Shown one piece after another: positions 40,588 through 54,607 of a DNA stretch of 64,000 bases (the first letter of the stretch is position 1; every line of letters begins with the position of its first letter). The position numbers were made by a program, and so were the translations under genes. This DNA is from Paraspadella gotoi (taxonomy: Eukaryota > Animalia > Chaetognatha): the NCBI GenBank assembly GCA_051294375.1, contig CM119266.1, positions 4,648,573 to 4,712,572 of the forward strand, written 5' to 3'. The notes beneath the pieces were generated by a model. The model did not search any database and was not told where the DNA came from. It saw nothing but the letters and a program-made list of their open reading frames with translations.

Positions 40588-42388
40588 ATGCGTCACTCGC
40601 GTAACTACGTGGTGACGCTGTTGTTGTTCGTGTTTTTCACGTGGAACGTCGTTACTTACTATTTCCTCTCCTACGACGTGCGGCCTCCGAAGCGCGCCAA
40701 CCTTGGCAAGGAAGTGAAGGCGCGACTGGATTATCTTCAGGTGGAGATCAAGCGGGAGATCGCCGCCAACGAGGCGTTGCTGAGGGATCTCCTGTCGCAG
40801 AAGGACGGAGAAACGGATGGGAAGAGGACCAACGTCTCCATCACGGGCGAGTTTTAATTTTGTGGGTGGCGGCTAAGGGAAACTTATTGAAAATTAGATT
40901 AAATTAAACAAACATCCAATTCAAAATTGGACTCTGCTCGTTAATAGAAATAAAAGAAAAAAGAAAGGAAACGATACGAATACACTAAATATTAAAAATA
41001 ACCCCCCCCAGCATGCACTTTGTCTTGCAGAATGACAAGTGGTTGATGCTCATAATTACCAATCTATGATCGATAACTTCACTTCTCTTCACTTCTCTTC
41101 TCTTCTCTTCTCTTCTCTTCTCTTCTCTTCTCTTCTCTTCTCTTCTCTTCTCTCTAATGAACTATCAGTTTAATTTCATTAAACTTATCCTTTTACAAGG
41201 TTTAGTATCTCGTTCTTATTTTGTCTCCGTTTAATCTTGTAAAATTTTAAATATTAATTAAAACTAAACGTTAATTATCGCGCGTCCCTCTCCCCAGGAG
41301 TCATGGAAAAGTCGGCGTCGTCTCCGCCCAAGACCTACGAACCTCCGCATTTCCTGGCGGAGGTGGTGATCCCCGTTCTGGTCTTCGCCTGCAACCGTCC
41401 TTCCGTCCGCCGCAATCTCGACCAACTCATCAAACTTCGTCCCTCGAAGAAACAGTTCCCCATCATCGTGTCTCAGGACTGCGGCCACGCGGAGACGGCC
41501 AGGGTCATCCAGTCCTACGGCGATCAACTCACCCACGTCAAGCAGCCCGACCTCTCCAACATCGAGTTGCCGCACAAGGAGAAAAAGTTTCAGGGTTACT
41601 ACAAGATCGCCAGGCACTACCGGTGGGCGCTCAATCAGGTCTTCAAAACTTTTCACTACGACATAGTATTAATCGTGGAGGACGATCTGGACGTGTCGCC
41701 CGACTTTTTCGAGTATTTCCTGGGACTTTATACGGTGCTGATCTCCGATCCGACGCTCTGGTGTATCTCCGCTTGGAACGATAATGGAAAGGAGAAGCGC
41801 GTTGGCCCCGAATCGGACTTGCTTCATCGGACCGACTTCTTCCCGGGGCTGGGGTGGATGATGGAGAAAAAGACCTGGCTGGAGTTGGAGCCCTCATGGC
41901 CCCGGACCTTCTGGGACGACTGGATGCGTCAGCCGTCGCAGCGCCGCAACAGGAGCTGCATTCGGCCTGAGATTTCGCGGACGAGGACTTTCGGGAAGAA
42001 GGGAGTCTCCAACGGGCTCTTCTTCGAGCAGCATCTCAAATATATCAAACTCAACGATCGGTTCGTCCCTTTCACCAAGCGCGACCTCTCCTATCTCAAG
42101 AAGGAGAGGTACGACGAGGCCTTCGTCAAGGACGTCTACGGATCCCCGCTCTACACCGTTGATCAGGTCAAGCGGGATCATCGGCCCGAAGTCAAGAAGG
42201 TCCGCGTGGAGTACTCGTCGAAAAAGTCCTTCGATCAAGCGGCCAAGGCGCTCGGCATCATGCACGATCTGAAGAGTGGTGTGCCGAGGGCCGGATACCG
42301 AGGCGTCGTTAGCTTCTATTACAACAATAGACGAGTCTTTCTTTCACCGCGAGCCGATTGGACCAAGTACGACGCGTCGTGGAATTGA
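40588..42388 (+). CDS. MGAT1: alpha-1,3-mannosyl-glycoprotein 2-beta-N-acetylglucosaminyltransferase (GnT-I)
   Basis: Exon 1 40588-40846 (type II TM + stem, GC donor), exon 2 41298-42388. Motifs IPVLVFACNR, FPIIVSQDCGH, GYYKIARHYRWAL, IVEDDL, SAWNDNG, RTDFFPGLGW, FWDDWMR, GVPRAGYRG. Confidence 0.96.
41078..41152. repeat. (TCTTC)n microsatellite in the MGAT1 intron
   Basis: Direct reading. Confidence 0.95.
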
Positions 42389-44048
42389 TGGTGGGAGAGG
42401 GCATTATTTTGATGGCGCGATAGGTATCAAAAAAACAAATACAAAAGACTGTGTTTTATCACTCTTCGTTCTTTCTCTTTTCTCCCCCGTTATGTATCCA
42501 AAATTAGTTTAAAAAACCAAAAAAAAATCGTTGTTTTCCTGGAATTTTGGTTTCCTTCTTTTCTTTTAGATTTTGAGATTCTGTTACGAAATCTGATATT
42601 TTTTTTTAAATAGCGTAGAATCGCTGGGATATTTTCATTCTATATCAGTATATGTGTGTTGACTGTTCTTATATAAATACAATCATATAAACAAGGTTTT
42701 CATCATATGACAAATCATACGGAATAACTGAATCCAAAAATTTTCCCTTCGTTTAATATTTCCTTAAATTAAAATTTTTTGTAGATTTAAGACCTATTTT
42801 AGTCGTTAGGGGGTCGAAAAATGTCGTTGTATATTAAACATAAAATCTTATAATTATGTATTTAATAAAATTTACATTTATATATTTATTACATATACAT
42901 CGAATTCAAATTTAAATTTTTTGTTAGAATACTTCATGCTTAGGTGTTTAATTTCAGTATCATAATTCCTGTTGCTAACACTTTTTTCTCGACCTACTTC
43001 AAATTAAAGCTGGCCATGGGATTTTCTAAAAAAAGTATGTTACTCTGTTGAAAACATAATTAATTAGGGCTCTTTAATCTTTATAAGTGTCTGTGCCTCA
43101 TGAAATGCTACCTTACTTTGGCTTCCGTTGAAATCACCTGGCCCAAACCACCATTACGGTTTCGATACATTCCAATAATACGACTGGCTGTTACAACCAA
43201 ATCTTTAGAATGAATGCAATTCCAGAAACCCAACTTGTATCACTCCATCGAATCATCTTTTCAATAAATGGAATAATCTCTCTCTTGTATAAAGGGCATC
43301 CTTTCCCTCGTGATCTTTCACGCATTTAAAATTTGACAAAAAAAAAAAGAACCTCTAATTAATTTTCTTCGTCCCACTTCATACTCAAAATAGCTAAAAA
43401 AAAGTTCATGCGTTGCCACCATTCTCACATTGTGTAATTGATACAAAAACTTTAAATATTTAAGAAAAAATATGTTGATTAGTTGGAGTTGAAATTTTTG
43501 ACTACAGTGTTACTGTAGTGTTGATTACACAACGAGAGATTTTGCTCATAGTCCGCCATTCTATTTCCATTTATTATTTCATGTCCTTTTCTATTACTAT
43601 TCTTTGGATAGTTAATAATCGGTGAGAACTGTATCTAGTAAAATTTAAAATTTCTTTTTTAAGAAAATCGTATTTCTTGTATTTCTTTCTGAATAAACTT
43701 CGTTACACTTCTAGTCTTAACTTTAATGATATGGTATTATAGTATTATTTAGGTTGTTCATTATAAAATGTTTGGAATTACTGGAGTAGCTGTAATTTCT
43801 CATTGTTATTAAAGAATCAAACTGCCTTGACAAGTTTTATGTATGCCTTGGAATTTCTTAATTTTTTCTTGAGTTTAAGTTAACTTTCTGGAGAAAAAAA
43901 ATTTGTAGTTTAACGTCAAAGTTTTTTACATCAAACTAGTAATTGGTAAAGTATATATTTCATCGTTTCATGAGGAGCTTCTCATTTTGTGATATGTTTC
44001 CATAGGGTTAACAATTTTAAAGATAAATAATAAAACTTGAAAAAGGCG

Positions 44049-44588
44049 ATGGCCGGTGGTAAGAAGTTGTCCGAACTTCAGGATAAACTTAACTCTGAGA
44101 CGGAGAAATATCGCGGCCTCCAAAACGAGTTGCAGAAATGCGTCCAAGCAGCGCAGCAGTTGGAAGCGCAACTCAAGGAGAACGAAGTCGTCAAGGAAGA
44201 GCTGACTTTTGTTAAAGACAACTCACGAATCTTTAAACTCATCGGACCCGTGCTCGTCAAGCAGGCAAGTGATAAAATGCCATTGTGCACTAAAGTTCCT
44301 GCTAATGAACTCGATTGGAAACGGCAGTAGCCTCTCTAAAGTCAGAAGGCAAGATGATTGGACTAAATCGCTGAATAATTTTTACATCGGCTACAACAGG
44401 ACCTCGCAGAAGCTCGAGCCAACGTGGACAAACGTCTCGACTACATCACGGGAGAAATAAAAAGAAACGATGCCCTCCTCGGCGACTTGAAAAAGAAACA
44501 AGGGGGACAAAAAGAGACTGTGGACAAATTGCAGCGCAGCATGATGGAATTGGCGCAACAGCATCAGCAGCAACAGTCCGTCAAGTGA
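44049..44588 (+). CDS. PFDN6: Prefoldin subunit 6
   Basis: Exons 44049-44264 and 44400-44588 (GC-AG intron), 134 aa; QQLEAQLKENEVVKEEL...IFKLIGPVLVKQDLAEARANVDKRLDYITGEIKR. Confidence 0.95.
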
Positions 44589-45273
44589 CCTCCCTTTTTT
44601 CGATTCTGTGACAACTCAGCATTTTTCGATGCTGCGCCTGTCAAAAAATGCAGTGTTTGACGGCGCTATATTGTTTCTTTCGTTTTGGCGTGACTAATCC
44701 ATTAAATTATAGTAAAAAATATTTGTCATTGCTGCGTTTATCGATAATTTATATTTTGGATTTCTTCATAACTTTTTTTTTTTGCTGGGTGGGTCAAGAA
44801 CCAGGACTTTTTTTTGTTAAAAATCGGGTATTTCATGACTAAAATCTTCTAGAAACGAATAAAATTAAGTTGTACATCGTCTTTTTGAGAAAACAAACCT
44901 GTTTGGCAGAGCATAGGCATTTGTATTATGGAATCATTCACTAGAATTCCGTACTTTTTTAAATCCGCCCTTCTTTTGAGTTATCTTTACTTTCAACTTG
45001 CATTTTGACATCCATTGTGCTTGAAAATAGTTCCAAAGCATCTAAATACGTATGTGAAATGAATTTTAGCCTCATGTCCTTTGTTTTTTTAAAAAAAATT
45101 GTGAAGAGACAGAAATGAAGAACCAACTATTATACAGAAAAGTTTTCTAGTCTCATATACAAGACGAGAATCTCTCACCGCTTAGCAATTAAAAAAACAA
45201 TTATGAATCCACGGAAAAGCCACGCCCACGCGCCTCTCTCCACCGCGCTTTCCTCACTCGGTTCTTCTCGGTC

Positions 45274-48200
45274 ATGAGCGATTCGTCAGGTCGCGGCGGC
45301 GGTAGCGGCGGCGGCGGCGGCGGCGGCGGCGGATTCCCTTCTCCGATTCCGCCGCCGCCACGCCATCGCGGTTCAGAGGCGAGGGAACGCGTGAGGTCCC
45401 GGCGAGACGCCCGCGTCCTCGAGGTCAAAGGAGGAGTAGGGGGCGGCGCTAGGGAACGAAGCTCGTCTCTGCCAAAGTTCGTCATCCAGCATCCGTCTCC
45501 GGATCGATCCTCCGTCGAGTCTCAGGTTGTTAAACTGTCTATGGTTATTCAACTGTGTAATGTTTTCGTATTTCAGACTGAAAGATTCATCCACTTTATT
45601 ATTATTTTTTCAATGACGTCTAAAAATATCGTTTTAGGGTAACGCCGAGAATCGCGACAGCGCTCCAAGGGGTCGACCCGAGATGGCCAAGAACCTTTCC
45701 AAATCTTCGCTGGGAAATTATCAGGTTTAAAAGCCGAAAAGATCACTTAAAAAGTTGAAGTAAAGATGCAAAGATTTCACGTCTTGTTTGAATCACGACA
45801 ATTTCTTGAAGGATTCAGTCGATAGAGGGGATGTTACATTACTTCGAAGAAACTGTTCAAAACTTATTCATAATTGTGCAATGGGCTTTTTCTTTTATCT
45901 TTGCATCTGATTTTAGTTATGAGATTCTCTCCTTCCAGACTCCACGATCATCGGACTCGTTCAAGAGCTGCGGTTCTTCCTCGACCAGGGACGAAAGACC
46001 GAGCTCTATCTCGCCGAGCAACCCGGATCATCATCAACCAGGGTTCGTTTATTTTGTTGAATTTCTCCGTTTACAGAGAATGAATACATGGATGATTCAT
46101 TCATTGATTGTGACGAATGAATGGAAAAGAAAAATTTATTGTCAAAGCAATGCACATTGCACAATTATCAAACTGTAGGAGATAAAGACAAAATTTCAAC
46201 TGATGTTTCTTTGTAAATCCCTATTTGCTATAAAGACTGTTTGGGTCAGTCTTAAATTGACATTCCGGGGCATTAAAATTTACAATGATAACGTCAGGTC
46301 TGATGCGGAAGTGGATTCTCCTCGAATTCCTTTCTCCAACAAAGGAAGGGGCAGTATAGGAGGTGAGCATTCTTTTTCTTAAAACCAAATATGTTTCCTT
46401 CCATTTGTTACCAAATATTTAGTATTTCCCAATAACATCTGACACATAATTATTGAGACAAAAGATTGAATGTGTTAAAGTTTATAACATTTTATTGTAA
46501 ATATAAATACAAAATATATTTTTTTAATGCTAATAACGTTAACTAAATACCGACGAACAAGTTGAACCAAAAAAAGTCACGATTTTCTAGTGAAATGTGG
46601 CATAGGGACCTTCAATCGAGACGCCAGCTTTCTCGTAGAAAACCCAACTTTATTTTCCATTCCTTTCACGATGGTGCGCGACTGTCTTGCTGTGTTTTCT
46701 TGGCCGCCCTGCGCCTTTTTTGAGCTTGAGAGTATCTTCAGACTTTACTCTTTGTATTACGCGATAAATAGATGGACGGCTAACATTTAGCTTCAAAAAA
46801 TACTGTAAATGCTGGTCCTTCTTGTTCATGATTTTGGTAGAATTGGGCAATGACTTGATGGCGCGCTTCAGAGGAAATTGACTGCATCTTGAAAACGCGC
46901 GGGCCGATAAAAAAAAAAATTCAGTTTGGTAGACAAACATTCTAGGTTTTATTTAAAAAAAAAAAACGAGCTTTCTACGTCGTCCTGGACGCCGTCTACA
47001 GGCCTCGGAAGCCGTCTCAATAATTATGTGTCAGATATTAGTACCATCGAGCGCATTGTTTGACTTTGTCCTTTCAAATTTATGAGTTAAGAAAAATCAG
47101 TCAGTTTCGGAAAAAGCACAATTATTCCAATATCATGTCTCATAAACTCCGATAAATCAGTAATACTGTTAAACAACATAAATGAACCTCGTTATAGCCA
47201 AATTTAAACCAAGCATTGAAACTAGTGGGAAACTACATTGAAAATACTAATTTTCAAACTAGTGGGAAGTGAATCCTGAAAATATTTACTTCAATATGCA
47301 AATGAGTTTGAGGAACCTATTACTCCAGATTTTTTTTTCCAGGCCACTCCTCCGACGACGCCTCCACGTCTTCCGGCCCTGGAATCAACTTCGCTTCCAT
47401 CGAAGGCAACAAAAGAGCAACGAACAAAGTGGAGCAATGGCTTCGCAAAGCCTCGCAGAAGAAGGACGAGATCGCCAAAGAGCAGAAGCAACGAGACGAA
47501 AACGTCAACGAGTATTTGCGGATGGCGCAGAACGCGGACAAAGCCCAACTCCCACGTCTCAAAGCCATCTTCGAGAAACGCAACATGAAGCACAACGTCG
47601 AGATTCAGAAATCCCAGCGAGAACTGGAAAAGTACATGAAAAAGGTGGAGGACTTGACGGGGACGCCGCCGAGTCAGGCCGCCATGAAAAAGGCCAAAGA
47701 CGGCGTCGGTGGCGCCGGAGCTGGTCCAGCCGCGGCGCCGTCCAAGGCGAAGGATACGAATCTCATCGATAATTTGGGACAAGGTCGGGGGCGGGGTCAT
47801 TTATTTATTTATTTATTTATTTAGTCGTTTATTTGTTTAGTTATTTATTTATTTAATCATTTATCTATTTATTTATTGATAAAGTCCATCGCTTCAGGTC
47901 TCAAATCCGTTGGCGCCAACATCCGCGAGGGCATCACCGATTTGGGAGGAAGCGTCATCAACAAACCTCGCGAGATCGCCACCTCCATCAACTCGGCCCT
48001 TCGCCACAAGCGCTTCGGTTCCGCCGACAACATCCACCAACTTGACGAAGGCGCGGTCGGCGACGTTGCCGCCCCCGCCGAGGATTCGAGGAGCGCGACG
48101 GGTCGTCGCCCTTTCGAGCACCACCTCGTCGTCGACGCCTCGCTCGGCGGCGCCGCTGGGTCCTCGACGACGCCGACCCCTCACGCTCTCGGCGCCTCCT

Positions 48201-51114
48201 CTTCCGCCCAGGGCCTCTCCGCCGACCCTCAGCAAGCGCGAGCCTTTCCCACCAACTTCGCCTCCAACAGTCAAGTCGGCGGCTTCGGTCCTCAACGTCA
48301 ATCCGACGACGAAAACTCTTCGCTCAATTCCGGCGCCGAGTCGCTCGGCGGAGCCGGATCGCTTGGGGGAGGAAACGGCGCCCACTCGGGGGCGTTTCGT
48401 CACGTCCATAGCGCCAGTCCACAGCACAAGCCCACCTTTTATTTGGGGCAAGAGTACCAAGGTAAAGACTAAGTTATTCAGGCGGCTTTGTGACATTTGC
48501 CTCAAGATTCGGGGCTTGCGCATGCGCATGCTTTTCATACTTTTTCTTTTTTGTGCGCATTGCACAGGAACTCTTTGTCACAATAAAAGTTCCACGTGGC
48601 CAGAAAAAAGATGCAGAGTTAATAAGAATTCAACCGCTTCTGGTAAACTGTTAAAGCTTTTAAATTTAATATAATTTTTGTTATTTTTTTGGTTGCTTGA
48701 ATCCGAATTGAGCTTTCTATCATTAGTAAATTTTATTCTGTTTATGTCGATGACGTGGGGCTTGAAAGAAATAATACTAAATTAAAATAATATTCTTGAT
48801 TGTTTTAATACTGACTATACGAAGTATAAGTATTGTATAAGTACATCTTCAAGCTTCTATATTACTAATACTACGTGCCATCTCATTCAGGTTTTTCTTC
48901 GGACTTGAGCTTGGAAGTCTTCCAACGTTTGACCGACATTCAACTTGAATTGCGATCGCTCAAGGAACAGCAGGAGGTCGAAGTCGGGGTGACCAAAGCC
49001 GAAACCGCCAAGCTGCAAGACGAAATGGCCAAAATTCAGCAACACCTCGAGGAGCAGCTGAGAGAGGCCCAATACAGGTCAGTTCACTAATATGAATCGC
49101 GCTACGATTTCGACTTTTGTCACGGAGACTCAAAAAGCCGCCTCACTACCGACTACATTCAACCAAGGCTAAATGCCTTAGCGGGCCAATGCACCATCTC
49201 GTTCCTTCCGGGTTCAATCCCGGCGGTCTCACGCTTAGTTGGCAAACCGCGCCCGTGATAGGAGGCAACCAGGAATCACAGTTGATCACCTGTCGTTTCT
49301 AAACCTTTAAATTTGATCTTACTATATATAGATACGAGCGACTGGAGGAATTGATGAACGACAGTGCAGAATTGCATCGAAACGAGTTGCTCAATCTCAA
49401 GCAGGATCTCACGCAGTTCGCCGTCAAGGAAGAGTTGGAGCGCGTCGAGTATCGCAGCCGAGAACGATCCGACGAACTCAACGAACAACTCGAGGCTTGC
49501 GACAACAGGTCAGAACAATTATTTTTATTGTCGCAATCGCTTAGCGTTTGCGACGATATTGTAACGCTTTTGCGCATAAGTGTCGTCGTCGTCGTTGTTG
49601 TCGTCGGCGTTCCAAATTATAGATCGCCTTTTTTATGATTAAATTTGGGTGATGATAATAAGTAATGTGTAATGATAATATTCACTCATGATTTTCATTG
49701 ATATATTTAATACTTTTCCAATTTGCAATGTCCGCAATGATCCTTAATTGTTTGAATTTTATTTTTTGTTGCCATTAGTGCAATTTTTCTTGCTCAATAC
49801 TCATCGTTTAATCGTTTAATCTTCTTATTGTCTTAATTGTCAAATTGTCTTTTTATTTCAGAAAAAAAAAAATAAATAAAATTAAATTTGGGTGTATGAA
49901 GCTGAAAATTTATATACAGCTTCTCATCATCGATGTGCTTAAAATTGAGTTTTATCAAAACAAACAAATTTTCTCCTTTATTTTTATATTTCTTTCTCTC
50001 TCTCTCTTTTCTCTTTTAATTACATGTCTCTCTCCCTCTCTCTTTTCCCTAGTCACTGATTCATAGGGGAAAAAAATCGAGTCTGCAACTGGCTCTGCAG
50101 GGGCTTATTCTTTTTCTCTCTTTTCTCCTGCTGCTTTTGCTGCTGCCTTTTGATTTTTCTTTTTTTTTTGGTGCCTCTGCTGCTGCCGCTGCTGATTCGT
50201 CCGAAAACGATTTGGCTTCTCTCTCTCACTCTCTCTCTCTCTCTTTTCTTTTTTTTTCAATGAAAATGATTAGATTTTTTTTTTAATGCTGAAAAATAAA
50301 TTATCCTTTTTCAGTTTCCGGCCCGACTTTACAACTCTTAGTGGGATGCAATAGTTTTTGAGAAATCGTCTTTTTTTGTTTTTTTCTCAGGGGCTGCGTC
50401 TGCTGATTAGTTTATTTTTTGACAATGACAATGAAAATTGATAATAACAATTTTTTTTTTCAGAAACTGTAACTTTAATTTTCCTTGGTACTTTATTATT
50501 TTTTTTCAATTGACAATCGCAAAATATAATTTTTCTTTCTGTTTATAAATTGATTTTCTTTTCTTAAATTTTATTTTTTTTAGTATCAAAATTTGTCGTC
50601 AATCCAGATTTTTCTTATGAGATTGCTACGATCCTTATGCTTTTAAGATTTTTTTTTTTTAGGTATCATTAGTATTTGATTTTGTATACATCCCTAATTC
50701 CTCCCCTCCCCAGAGTTCAAAGAATGGAGAAGCAAGCTCAAGACGCTCAAATGCTTACGTTAGAGGGACTCGAAGCCACTTCTCTTTCCTCGCTGCCCAA
50801 ACTCATCAACATCGTCCTGCAACTACTTGGTCTAGTCATTGTCATTCTCAATACCGCATGTAGCGTCGTCATGCCATTTTTGAAAACGAGGTATAGTCAT
50901 TTCGTTTTCTTCCAAAATATAAACATTGTGAAACATTGTGAAACTTGAAAATAGTTTTCATTAATTTTATTTTAAAATTTAATTCAGGGTTCGACTTTTA
51001 ACGACGATTGTTATCGTCGCCGCCTTTGTGATATTGCATCATCAACGTAATTTCATGTGGAGCATACTGTCACAAATCATCAATGAATACCGACATTTAA
51101 CGGCTATACAGTAA
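45274..51114 (+). CDS. TMCC/TEX28-family (Dementin-like) ER transmembrane coiled-coil protein
   Basis: Exons 45274-45525, 45638-45724, 45939-46042, 46250 or 46298-46362, 47343-47783, 47898-48461, 48891-49077, 49332-49508, 50714-50890, 50988-51114. Motifs RDENVNEYL, RLKAIFEKRN, RFGSADNI, ELHRNELLNLKQDL, C-terminal two TM segments. Confidence 0.9.
46433..47040 (-). mobile_element. Internally deleted Tc1-like transposon
   Basis: TIR TAAYATCTGACACATAATTATTGAGAC at both ends; minus ORF with HTH-like LNVSRPSIYRVIQR and GAGRPRK; no DDE domain. Confidence 0.85.
49118..49260 (+). other. GC-rich structured intronic insert with a B-box-like arm
   Basis: TGTCACGG...CCGTGATA ends; CCGGGTTCAATCCCGG T-arm-like hairpin; single copy, no TSD. 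Confidence 0.35.
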
Positions 51115-52535
51115 TATTTTTAAAAACCAAAATCCGTTTTCAAATCCTATTTAGCTCTTAACTAAATTTTAAAGCACTAAGAAGTTTCAACCTTTATTGA
51201 GATTATATTGTCATTGGATACTGCCCTTATATACCCTTATTCCATTTGTTTCATTCGGGCATCTCAAGGATTGCTAAAATCCTTCAGATGAATTGTATTT
51301 TGGACGTATCTGTGGCCTATGGCCTATATATTTGGCAGTTTATGGTATTATTATTTTATTATAACATTATATTTTTATTATAGCATTATTTTAGAAATCA
51401 AATTTATTTTGTACTTTTTGGTTTGGTACGAAACTATACTTCGAATTCCCCTTGCTTTATATAATTCATACTTTGTAATATATATCAGATTAATATATGT
51501 TTTTATTTTATATTATATCTTCAAGTATTTGTGATTTAAAAAGTTTTTTTCCATTGATAATGTGAATAAAAATTTTTTTCATATATTTTTTAGTATCCAG
51601 ACTTGTATAATTGGTGCGTCATAAGATATCTGAATTTACTAATCATCCCTAGTTTCAATTTTAATACGTAATATTTATTGTTTAGTTACTAACACGTTTT
51701 CTAAACTGTCATTTTTTATCCGTTTTTTTTTTAAACTATGTTCATGATAGTTGGTTGTAGATTCTTGATAATTCGTGTACATTGAGTATTATAATTGACG
51801 GATAAAACTTGGCAGTTATAGTTCAGTTCTTATTTTTATCCACACAAACGCTTGAAGAACTACCACAATTCCGTGCGAAACTGTTTGATAATAAGTTGGT
51901 TAAAAAGTCGTGATAATGATTTTGTGATGTTTGAATAGCGTTTAAATTATTGATATTCCCTCGCTCTTGCAATACACTTGTCACTTTTTCTTATTTTTTT
52001 TTATTTTGCGGCATCTGATTTTGGTTATATAGACTAGAGCTGTTCTTATTTATATTTGAATTGAATAATTTTCGAATTTTTATCATGCTTTGTGCTGATA
52101 ATTTTACAAATTTTTAATAAAAGTTTGGGTAACGCAATTTTATTTTGCATTTTATTTAAAAATCAGGTATGGAATCTAATGTGGAAAATTTAAACAGCTA
52201 GTTAATTATTTTACTTGAATTTTATTCCTTTCCCTTGGGGTAAATCGGGGATCGTATATTTTTTTTTAAACAAAGGTCAATTAATTTGCTGAGTATGAGC
52301 ATTATTGAAAACCTATGACGTTTTCGCTCAGTCAAAAATAGGCTGATCATTGATCAATGATCATGTAAGAAGAGAATACCAATAAAATAAAGGATAATTT
52401 GGGCTGAGAAATTCATGGAACGGCAATGTCGATGGAATTTTTGTTTGTTGAATCAATTCTTCTTCATTTAAGTCATCATTCCTGTTTAAAAAAAGATTAT
52501 AACTTAACCAAAGAAGCGAGAAAACTATTGTGACT

Positions 52536-54607
52536 ATGGTTTGTTGGGCGGAACCTAATCCAAAGGTGAAATCCCGCACCGAGGATGAATGCGATTGCTT
52601 GGCGGCGATTCGCGAGATGGAGACTGACCGACCGCTCATGGAGAAATTGTCCAACGTTGAAAAGGCCATCAAGAAAAACGTCAAGGGAGTGACGGCCTGC
52701 GCCGAGGGCGCCCTCTACAGCGTCCCCTCGCTCCAGATCGATCTGCGCAAGAAGCCCAATCAAGACCCGTTCACCGCGCTACAGTCCCGCACCCTGACGG
52801 CGGACCAGTCAAAGATCCTCACCCTCGACACTTACCCTTGGACGGACGATCAGATCCGCGAGTTGGTCTCTCACTGCGGACGAGCGCCTTGGGGCGGGAC
52901 CGAACGCGGGATGGCGTTGGCCGGGAATCAGTCGCACACGGACCGACGCTGCTGGCAGCTCGAGCCGGAGAAGATCCTCTTTAAGAATTACCACGAGTGG
53001 GAAACGAAGGCGTTGAAGACCCTCAAGCGGAAGATCATTCAGGCCATGTCATCGCCAAAGACGCTCAAGGAAAAGGACGTCTCCCTCACCTTCCACAAGA
53101 TGCTCGTCTACGAAGAGAACGGCAAGTATCTGCCGCACCGCGAGGCGCCTCGAGGACCGCATCACTTTGGCACCCTCATCATCATCCTTCCGGTGAAGCA
53201 CACAGGCGGCCACCTGCTCGTCAGACATCAGGGAGAGGAGTGGTGCGTCGACTCCTCCAAACGCAAGTCGGTCGTCAGGTGCACCTGGGCCGCTTTTTTC
53301 AATGAGGCTGAATACGAGGTGAGAATAAAGGGCGAGAAGTGATAGAGTGATGTCAATGTGATTCTGTAAAAAATGATATTTTTTTTTATTGGACATATGA
53401 TTTAATACGGAGTTAGTCGTAAATTAACTGACCACTCATATTTAGTTATTAGGATTTTAAATCTTATTCCATCTTGAAACTCAATTCATTCTGTTATTAC
53501 GGACTAGTTACATTCTTAACCTTATATTTTCTGACTTATGTCGATTGTCGATGCAAAAAGGTTGAGCTTTATTCTGGTTGGGTCAGGTAAAAGAAGTGAC
53601 ATCCGGGGCCCGCGTCAGCCTCATGTACTACATCTTCGGCAAAAGCAAATCCGGCGAAGTCCCTCGCGCCGTCCCCATCAAAGTGGAGGAGAACGCGGTT
53701 GTGAAGACCCTCCGCGCGTTGGCCAATCACGGACCCGGTGCGCCCAAGAGGGTCGGCCTCATCCTGGAGAACAAATACAACCCCAGGGTTTTCTCGTCGG
53801 AGGGATTAAGGGGAAAAGATCGTCTTCTCTACAACCTCCTCGTCTCCTCGACCTTCGTCATCAAGTTGACCTTCATTCGCGTCCTCTTCTGCGCCATCGG
53901 TCCAGACGACAACGGGGATTGCGGACTGCAGGATTGTCCCAAGCACCTCATCGATCAGGTCGCTCCTGATTGGGGGGGATGTTTGATTTGCTTGTGGTGA
54001 AGAGTTGGGGAAATGACATTTTGTTTCAGATAAAGGTTGTTTATATTTCTTTTACCAGGCTTTCTTAATAAAATTGGTCGTCGGAGTCCTTTGGTTATTG
54101 CAAGTGATAGTTTGCTTGGATTCCGTGTTTCTTGACCATAAACCTTTTCATCTCATCTTTGGTTCCAATTCTTTGGGTTCTATTTGTCAGGAAGTTTGGG
54201 AGATCGACCTCACATCGGAGAAAGAGTGGCAGTTCGGGAAGAGGGAACACCCCTGCCGCAAGCTCCCAGGAGAGATGCCCTGGCTTCACCGCGACCTCAT
54301 GGACGAGGCGAAGCGGATGAGCCGAGTGGACAAGAACGTGAGAGGCACGGCCAACGAGGGTTGCCAGTTGGGGGAGACCTATCGCACGGGGGCGTTGCTC
54401 ATCACCATCGATCAGAGTTACGTGGATCTCTACGACGGACCCTTCACCGTCTTCTTTCCCGCCGCCGACCCAGACGTGCCCGGAGTGGCCCAGCGCGAGG
54501 ACTTTGATTGGGGCCGCGCCAAATGGTCGCTCGGACCCACGGAGCAAGATCTTGTCATGTTCGACGACGACGACGACGAAGAGGACGAGGCAAGCGAGTC
54601 CGAGTGA
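52536..54607 (+). CDS. 2OG-Fe(II) oxygenase (2OG-FeII_Oxy_3-like) domain protein with altered metal ligands
   Basis: Exons 52536-53318, 53587-53958, 54191-54607; KMLVYEENGKYLPHRE...FGTLIIILP..HTGGHLLVRH...WAAFF..EYEVKEVTSGARVSLMY fits the DSBH fold family. Confidence 0.82.

Noticed and set aside
43115-43325. Coding-like minus-strand stretch ending at a GTAAG donor between MGAT1 and PFDN6
   Set aside because: Interrupted by stops in every frame; no recognisable homology.
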